Assembly (NCBI GenBank): GCA_963737655.1
Contig: CAVTTN010000002.1
Span: forward strand, 2,432,001 to 2,496,000
Reading direction: 5' to 3'
DNA length: 64,000 nt
From: an uncultured Planctomycetota bacterium
Lineage (GTDB): Bacteria > Planctomycetota > Planctomycetia > Isosphaerales > Isosphaeraceae
Shown here in pieces: positions 57,502-64,000 of the stretch. The position numbers were made by a program, and so were the translations under genes. Each line of letters opens with the position of its first letter. The stretch's first letter is position 1. The notes under the pieces are model-generated. The model was given only the letters and a program-made list of their open reading frames with translations, had not been told where the DNA came from and ran no database searches.

Positions 57502-58439
57502 GTTGTGATTGATGAATCCGGCGTGTTTGTCAACTCTTTCACCTGCCTGGCGTTTAAGAGGTAAAAAATCGCGCCGATCGTGGCGCCGACGATGGTGAAG
57601 AGGCGGAAGGCGAGCATGGCGATGGCGCCTCCCCGGTAGTTCAGGAGCCCGAAGAGGCCGGAGCTGGCCTGCTCGGAGATGCCGATCGCTCCGAAGGGGA
57701 TCGGGACGGCCGTGGTGAAGAGGACCAGGGGGACGATCAGGAAGTGGTCGACGAGGTCGGGCACTCCGCTCCCCAGGACGGCCAGGCCGGCGTCGCGGAA
57801 GGCCAGGACGTTCAGCGAGTGCGTGCCCATCCCCAGGACCACCGCGCCGAGGACCAGGCCGGCGTGCCCTCGATACGCGGAGAGGTCCACTTTCTTCCGC
57901 CTCCGCCCCCGGAACGAGGCGATCAGGGCCGCCGCCGTGGCGATCGAGGCGAGGCCGGCGAACGCGCCGAGCGTCCAGAGCTTCGGGTTCAGCCGCGTGG
58001 CCGCGATCGACCCGGCCGCCGAGGCGATCAGGAACAGGCCGAGCAGCCCGCAGAAGAAATCGACGACCACCGAGGCGATCGCCGTCGGCCTGCGCTCGGG
58101 GTGCTCCCGGGCCAGGAACGCGGCCTTCACCACGTTGCCAAAAATCGCGCCCGGGATCACGAAGTTGAAGAACGCGGCGATGAACCCGAGGCGGACGGCG
58201 TCGCGATAGCGGATCGGCAGGCCCACGGCCCGGACCAGCAAAAACCAGCGGAAATACGAGAGCATGAGGCCGGCGAGGTAGCTCGCGCCGCCCAGGACCA
58301 GGGCCGAGACGTCCGGCCGGCGGTCGAGGACGTCGCGGATCTGGTCCCGATTCATGCGGAGGACCAGGCCGAGCAGCCCGAGGCCGATCGCGGCGCGGAG
58401 GGCCAGGCCGAGGGCCTTCTTGCGGGCCTTCGGGGTCAT
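57498..58439 (-). CDS. Lysylphosphatidylglycerol synthase TM / flippase-like (UPF0104) protein
   Basis: RWFLL, FFNFVIPG.IFG.VVKA, SVVVD, PIPFGAIGISE. Confidence 0.8.
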   Translation of the reverse strand: MTPKARKKALGLALRAAIGLGLLGLVLRMNRDQIRDVLDRRPDVSALVLGGASYLAGLMLSYFRWFLLVRAVGLPIRYRDAVRLGFIAAFFNFVIPGAIFGNVVKAAFLAREHPERRPTAIASVVVDFFCGLLGLFLIASAAGSIAATRLNPKLWTLGAFAGLASIATAAALIASFRGRRRKKVDLSAYRGHAGLVLGAVVLGMGTHSLNVLAFRDAGLAVLGSGVPDLVDHFLIVPLVLFTTAVPIPFGAIGISEQASSGLFGLLNYRGGAIAMLAFRLFTIVGATIGAIFYLLNARQVKELTNTPDSSITT

Positions 58440-61400
58440 CGCGGAGGGCCCCGCACGGGTCGCCGACGACCTGGACGAACAGCGAGCGGGTCCGGGCCGT
58501 CATCCTCGCGATGTCCGAGCGGAACAGGGCCTCGGCGACGCCGTCGCCGTCGTCCTCGTAGCCGAGCCGGCGGGCGAGTCTCGCAAGCTCGGCCGGGTCG
58601 TCGGGCAGGCCCACGTCGGTCCGGTTGTGGACGATCCGCAGGCGGCCCTCGACGGTCCTCAAGAAGTCGTAGGAATCGCGCAAGGCCGCATGATCGGCCG
58701 GGGAGAGCGGGCCGTGGCGGCGGAGGGCGTCGAGCGCCTCCCAGACGTTCGCCCGGAGGACGTCGGGCTCGTCGCAGGCGTGCTTGAGCATCAGGTATTG
58801 CACGAGGAACTCGATGTCCACGAGCCCGCCGACCCCGCGCTTCAGGTCGTTCGGGCCTCGCGAGGCGCCCAGCCTCCGCCTCATCGCCAGGGCCTCGGCG
58901 GCGAGGCGTTCGCAGTCGTTCGAGGCGGTCAGGACCCGGCGGACGGCGGCCGTCACGTCCCGGTTGAAGGTGCCGGTCGAGAACAGGGGGCGGGCGCGGG
59001 TCAGGGCCATCCGCTCCCACGTCGCGGCGTGGCCGAGGAAGTAGGCGAGGAAGGCGTCGAGCGACACGGCCAGGGGGCCCGAGCCGCCATGCGGCCTCAG
59101 GCGGGTATCGACCTTGTACAGCGCCCCGGACGGCCCCGAGCCGCCGAGGTCGCGGATCACCTTCTGCGCCAGGTCGGCGAAGAACTCGGCGTTGGAGAGG
59201 GTCGCGGGGCCGCCCTGGGTCTGGCCGTCCTCGTCGAAGAGGAAGACGAGGTCGAGGTCGCTGTGATAGTTCATCTCCCGGCCGCCGAGCTTGCCGAGGC
59301 CGAGGATCGCCCACCTCGCCCGTCGGCCGTCGGACGACCGCCTCGGGGCGCCGAACTTCTCGACGGCCTTCGCCCAGCGGTCCCTCGCCACCTGGCCGAC
59401 GATCGCCTCGGCCACGTCGGCGAGCTCGCGGGTCACGTCGCGGATCGGGTCCCGGCCGAGGATGTCCCTCACGCCGATCCGCACCCATTCCTTGTTGCGG
59501 AAGCTCAGCAGGATCGGCCCGAGGTCCTCCGCCCCCCGGCAGAGCTCCGCCAGCTCCCCCTTGATCGCCGTGGCCCCCTGCGGCCGATCGACCACCAGCG
59601 AATCGATCAGGTCATCAATCATCCCGGGATTGTTGATGAGCACTTCCGAGAGGAACTGGCTCGTCGCGCATAAATCGACGTACAGTTTCAGGCTCGGGGG
59701 ATTGAAGCTGAAGAGCTCCCAGAGGACCGCCTTGGCCCCGAGCGACGCCGAGACCTTCTCGAGGTTCGTCAGGGCCATGTCGGGGTCGGGCGCCCGGGCC
59801 ACGCTCTCCAGGAGCCTGGGCGCGATCGCCGCGAGGAAGTGGCGGCAGCGCGCCTCGGAGAGGAACGGGATGTCCTCTCTCGAGAGCGCCATCAGGTTGC
59901 GGTACGCCCCGGTCACGTCGCGGAAGGCGAACCGGCCGAGGGCCGAGGCGATCATCTCGGGCGAGGGTTCCGGGTCGAGCACGAGGTCCACCACGGGGTC
60001 GGCCTTGGAGTCGTCGGTGAAGGCGTCGTGGAGGAGGTGGTTGAGGATCTTCCGGTTCAGGTCGGTCTTGGCGCGATAGTCCGCGTTGAACCGCTGGGCG
60101 GGGCCGACGCGGTCTTCCCACGCCGAGGCCGGCGGATAGCCCATGCGGATCGCCAGGGTCCGCAGCCCCTCGGGATCGACGGGCATCTGATGCGTCTGGC
60201 GGTCGAACATCGTCTGCAGGCGGTGCTCGACCCGCCTCAAAAATCGATACGTGTCTTCCATGATCCCCCGTTCCTCGGGCGAGAGGCAGCCGATGGCCTC
60301 CAGTCGCGAGAGGGCCATCAGCGTGTTGGGGTGGCGGACGGTCGGCTCCCCCCCTCCGTGGAGGAGCTGGAGGAACTGGACGACGAATTCCACGTCGCGG
60401 ATCCCGCCTCGGCCGGTCTTGACCTCGCTGGCGTCGGCCCCGGAGGCGCGGGTGCGGGCCTCGATCCGCCGCTTCATGGCCTTGATCTCGCCGATCTCCG
60501 CCGCCCCGAGGTATTTCCGATAAACAAACGGCGCGATGGCGGCGAGGAAGTCGCGCCCCAGGGAGAGGTCCCCGGCGATGGCCCGGCACTTGATCAGGGC
60601 TTGCCGCTCCCAGGTCCGGCCGGTCGTCTCGTAATAGCCCAGGGTCGCCCGCAAGGACCGGGCCAGCGGCCCCTGATCCCCCTCGGGCCGGAGCCTCATG
60701 TCGACCCGGTACGCCTGGCCCATCGCCGAGTGGTCGGAGAGGAGGCGGACGATCTCCGCCCCCATCCTCGCGAAGAACTCGGCGTTCGAGACGCTCCGCG
60801 TGCCGCTGGTCTGGCCTTCGGAGTCGTAAAGGAAGATCAAATCAATGTCCGAAGAATAATTCAACTCCTCGCCGCCGAGCTTCCCCAGGGCCAGGACGAC
60901 GAACCGGGAGGGCCGCCCGTCTTCGCCGATCGGCTCGCCGAGGCGGGCGACGGCGTGGCCCCGGGCGAGCCGATACGCCCCCTCGACGCACGCATCGGCC
61001 AGGCCGGAGAGGTCCAGCGTGGTGAGCTCCAGCGGGAGCCCCCGGACGATGTCGTTGTAGCCGATCCGCAGGGTCTCGCGATGGCGGAGGCGGCGGATCG
61101 CCAGCCGCTGGGCCTGGTCGTCCTCGGCCGATCGGAGCTGGTCCCACAGGAACTCGACGAGGGCGTCGCGGTCGCGCCTCTCGGCCCCGGCGCGGAGCCA
61201 GTCCAGGACCCCGGGGTCCCGGATCAGCAGCTCGCTGAAATACTGGCTCGTGCTGAAGAGCTGGATCAGGATATCGGTCGTCCTCGGGTTCGCCCCGAGC
61301 CCCGCCAGCGCCGCGCTGCCGGCCGGGGAGGAGGCCGCGAACCGCTCCAGGTTCGTCAGGGCCATCCCCGGCTCGGGGCACTGCGGGAGCAAGACGTCGA

Positions 61401-61596
61401 GCTGGTCCAGGAGCGCGGAGAACGCCTCGGCCCGGAGCCCGGAGGCGGCCAGGTCGCGGAGGTCGCGAATCCCCCGAGACGTGTCGCGAACCCCCAGACC
61501 GGCGAGCCACAAGGCCAGCGCCGTCGAGTCGGTCAGCAGCCCGGACGGCGGCCGACCGCCGCCTCGCGGTTCGCCCGGCTCCATCGCTCGGCTCAA
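58436..61596 (-). CDS. glnE: Bifunctional glutamine synthetase adenylyltransferase/adenylyl-removing enzyme; apparent 1-bp frameshift near 58450 removes the stop
   Basis: Two NT domains GKLGGEELNYSSDIDL and GKLGGREMNYHSDLDL; RVDMRLRPEG, WERQAL, KTGRGGIRDVEF. Confidence 0.93.
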
Positions 61597-62144
61597 GCGA
61601 ACACCTCATCGACGGCGACCCGCCAGCCGGGGACGGCCGGCTCGGCATCGGCGATGGCGCCCGGCCCGAAGACCTCGGCCGATCCGGGCCGGTGGCAGCG
61701 GATCACCCGCGAATCGGGGTCCACGTCCCAGACCACGAGCGTCCCCGCCTCGAGATAATCGGCGCGCCTGGCCGCCATCTCCCGCTCGGCGGCCGGGCCG
61801 GAGTGGCCTTCGCGGCGGACCTCCACCGCGAACGTCGGCGGGCCTTGCAGGAAGCGCATCGGGCGGTCCGGGAAGGGACCGAGGAAGTACGAGGCGTCGG
61901 GCGAGAACGATTCGCGGCCCGACGGGAGTTCCGGGACGACGAAGCCGACGTTGTCGGTGTATGCCTCGCCGGCGCCCAGCCTCGGCTCGTGACGGCGGAG
62001 GCTCACATAAATATTGCCGGCGATCCGGTTGGGGCGTCGGCCGGTGGGCATCAGGGGGACGATCCTCCCGTCGATCAGCTCGGCCTTGTCCTGGAGCCGG
62101 GAGAGGTCGTCCACCGAGGCCCGGGGCCTCTCGACGGTCGCCAT
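61593..62144 (-). CDS. Uma2 family endonuclease
   Basis: AELIDG, FSPDAS, PPTFAVEVR, DYLEAGTLVVWDVD; AGGAGG RBS. Confidence 0.9.
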   Translation of the reverse strand: MATVERPRASVDDLSRLQDKAELIDGRIVPLMPTGRRPNRIAGNIYVSLRRHEPRLGAGEAYTDNVGFVVPELPSGRESFSPDASYFLGPFPDRPMRFLQGPPTFAVEVRREGHSGPAAEREMAARRADYLEAGTLVVWDVDPDSRVIRCHRPGSAEVFGPGAIADAEPAVPGWRVAVDEVFA

Positions 62145-62170
62145 GACGCCACCTCCTTCCGTCGGACGAA

Positions 62171-62205
62171 TCGGATCGGATCGGGTCGGATCGGGTCGGA
62201 CCGGA
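62171..62205. repeat. Pentamer tandem repeat (YCGGR)x7 between the SMI1/KNR4 and Uma2 genes
   Basis: TCGGA TCGGA TCGGG TCGGA TCGGG TCGGA CCGGA. Confidence 0.7.
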
Positions 62206-62946
62206 TCAGGGGCCCATCGCGTGCTGGAGGTGGCGGAAGATCGCCTCGACGTCGCCCCGGGTGATCCCCAGCGAGGAGGCGATCGAGCGGTCGTCGGCCC
62301 CTCCGGTCATCAGCGGCTTGACCGTCGGGGCCAGCGGCCTCAGGCGGTCGGGCAGGGCGGGCGTGGGGACCCGTCGGCGATGCTCGACCCAGGGGTCGCC
62401 CATCGGCGCGAAGTCGGGGTCGAACCAGAACTCGCGGCCCCCTTCGGCCAGCAAGCGGACGAACCAGGCGGAGAAGCTCGGCGCGATCAGTCGGGAGGGG
62501 CTGCCGCTCTGGTCGTCGCCGGAGGTGAAGATCGGGCAATCGCCGCCGGGCCAGCGGTATCCCAGGTCGATGCAGATCGTCTCCCGGCCCGGGTTGCCGA
62601 GCTCGAACCAGCTCTCGGGCTGGACGAGCATCTCGGGGACCCGGGCGAACGGGATCATCGGCCCGATGGCCGTGAGCGGGTGGATCAGGGGGCCGTCCTT
62701 GTACAGGCCGTCGGAGAGCCGGAGCCAGCTGCGGAGCGAGTGGGGCAGGTCGAAGCCGTACCTCCGCTCCCAGTCCCGGACCTGCCGGGCCGAGGCGGGC
62801 GGTCGGCACGGGTCCGGGCCCTCGGCGTCGGCGAACGAGCCGGGCCAGCCGGGGGCCTGGATCGCGTCCGGGAGCCGGACCCCGGACGCCGCGGCCCAGA
62901 GCGCCGCCCGTTCCCGCAATCCCTCGCCAATCGGGCCGTGGATCAT
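62206..62946 (-). CDS. SMI1/KNR4 (SUKH) family protein with C-terminal HTH-like segment
   Basis: PPASARQVRDWERRYGFDLPHSLRSWLRLSDG...IAPSFSAW; tail DDRSIASSLGITRGDVEAI; ATGA overlap with miaB. Confidence 0.75.
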   Translation of the reverse strand: MIHGPIGEGLRERAALWAAASGVRLPDAIQAPGWPGSFADAEGPDPCRPPASARQVRDWERRYGFDLPHSLRSWLRLSDGLYKDGPLIHPLTAIGPMIPFARVPEMLVQPESWFELGNPGRETICIDLGYRWPGGDCPIFTSGDDQSGSPSRLIAPSFSAWFVRLLAEGGREFWFDPDFAPMGDPWVEHRRRVPTPALPDRLRPLAPTVKPLMTGGADDRSIASSLGITRGDVEAIFRHLQHAMGP

Positions 62947-64000
62947 CCGCTGATCCCCACGAGGTCCATCGTCACCACCTCGCCGAAGAGCGTCATCGGC
63001 GAGCATTCGGAGATCGCCACCGGCAGGAGCCGGCCCGCCTGCCTCGCGTTCCCCTCGAACACCACGATCCGATCGCAGGCCGTCCGGCCGGTCATCTGGA
63101 TCGGCCCGGAGAGGTCGCCCTCCTCGCGGGCCGCCGCCTTGCTCGGCCCCTCGACCAGCACTTCCACCGTCCGGCCGACGAACGCCCGGTTGTCCTCGCC
63201 GCAGATGGCCGTCTGGACCGCCAGAAGGTCGTTGTTGCGACGTTTCTTGACGTCCTCGGGCACGTCGTCGGCGAACAGGGAGAACGCCTTGGTGCCCTCG
63301 CGAGGGCTGTATTTGAAGATGAAGCTGTTCTTGAACCGCGAGCGCTCGACCAGGCGGACGGACTTCTCGAACGACGCCTCGGTCTCCCCGCAGAAGCCGA
63401 CGATGAAGTCGCTGGAGACGCTGGCCTCGGGGACGGTCTCGTGGATTCGGTGCATCATCTCGTCGTAGAGCGCGACGGTGTAGAGCCGCTTCATCCGCCT
63501 CAGCACGTCGTCGCAGCCGCTCTGGGCCGGGACGTGGAGGTATCGCGAGACCTTGGGCAGGTCGCGGACGGCCTGCAACAGGTCGTCGGTCATGTCGTTG
63601 GGGAAATTGGTGATGAATTTCAGGCGGACCGGGCCGGCGACGTCGTGGAGGCGGGCGAGGAGGTCCGAGAGGCGGGTGGTCCGGCCGTCGGGCGAGGCAT
63701 ACTTGTAGCTGTTGACGGTCTGGCCGATCAGGGTGATTTCCTTCACGCCCTGGTCGGCGAGCTGGCGGGCCTCCTCCAGGATCGCCTCGGGAGGCCGGGA
63801 CTGCTCCGGCCCGCGGACGGCCGGGACCACGCAGTAGGTGCAGAACTTGTCGCACCCCATCATGATCCGCAGGAACGCCTGATGGGGCGAGGGCCTCATC
63901 GCGGGCTCGCGGAGGGGGTCATACTCGGCGAAGCTCTCGGTCACCAGCGATTTCGAGCCGGCCGACCGCGCGAGGCTCACGGCCATCTGCGGCGCCTTCT
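62943..64000 (-). CDS. miaB: tRNA-2-methylthio-N6-dimethylallyladenosine synthase MiaB; 5' end beyond the window
   Basis: GCDKFCTYCVVP, GQTVNSY, LHVPAQSG, DFIVGFCGET, FKYSPREGT, C-terminal TRAM domain. Confidence 0.95.
   Translation of the reverse strand, partial: KAPQMAVSLARSAGSKSLVTESFAEYDPLREPAMRPSPHQAFLRIMMGCDKFCTYCVVPAVRGPEQSRPPEAILEEARQLADQGVKEITLIGQTVNSYKYASPDGRTTRLSDLLARLHDVAGPVRLKFITNFPNDMTDDLLQAVRDLPKVSRYLHVPAQSGCDDVLRRMKRLYTVALYDEMMHRIHETVPEASVSSDFIVGFCGETEASFEKSVRLVERSRFKNSFIFKYSPREGTKAFSLFADDVPEDVKKRRNNDLLAVQTAICGEDNRAFVGRTVEVLVEGPSKAAAREEGDLSGPIQMTGRTACDRIVVFEGNARQAGRLLPVAISECSPMTLFGEVVTMDLVGISG

Noticed and set aside
57463..61596. 1,377-aa GlnE with a novel C-terminal extension
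   Set aside because: The extension is Arg/Pro-rich off-frame read-through over the flippase-like gene; one added base near 58450 restores an ATGA-coupled stop.
1..64000. tRNA, rRNA, prophage, IS or RAYT transposase genes
   Set aside because: No cloverleaf, rRNA-like, integrase, HUH/Y1 or DDE signatures recognised by eye; a covariance or HMM scan is needed to exclude them formally.

Overview
Very GC-rich bacterial chromosomal segment, most likely Planctomycetota (Isosphaeraceae-like), inferred from a DUF1559 prepilin, two DUF1080 genes, a HINT-domain secreted protein, Uma2 paralogues and methanofuran-type C1 cofactor genes. About 60 CDS are present: housekeeping genes (mnmA, miaB, glnE, hpnE, glpG, an RRM protein), a roughly 9-kb glycosyltransferase operon (32.5-41.4 kb), mfnB/E/F/D plus a HisA-like gene, and several secreted proteins. 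I found no rRNA, tRNA, CRISPR-cas, integrase or transposase. Main observations: (1) three tandem Uma2 nuclease-fold genes, two nearly identical at the DNA level except for an exactly aligned 75-bp segment that differs at 42/75 positions, pointing to cassette-like diversification; (2) at least six families of palindromic REP/REPIN-like elements that supply stop codons, sit in-frame inside ORFs, nest in each other, and form a 10-copy array whose linkers are copies of the 3' end of the neighbouring mfnB gene; (3) a 1,296-aa secreted protein with four copies of an unrecognised WxGQDG domain; (4) a possibly switchable leader RNA upstream of the DUF1559 gene. About six genes carry small frameshifts, probably sequencing or assembly indels. 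All calls come from reading the sequence; no searches were run.
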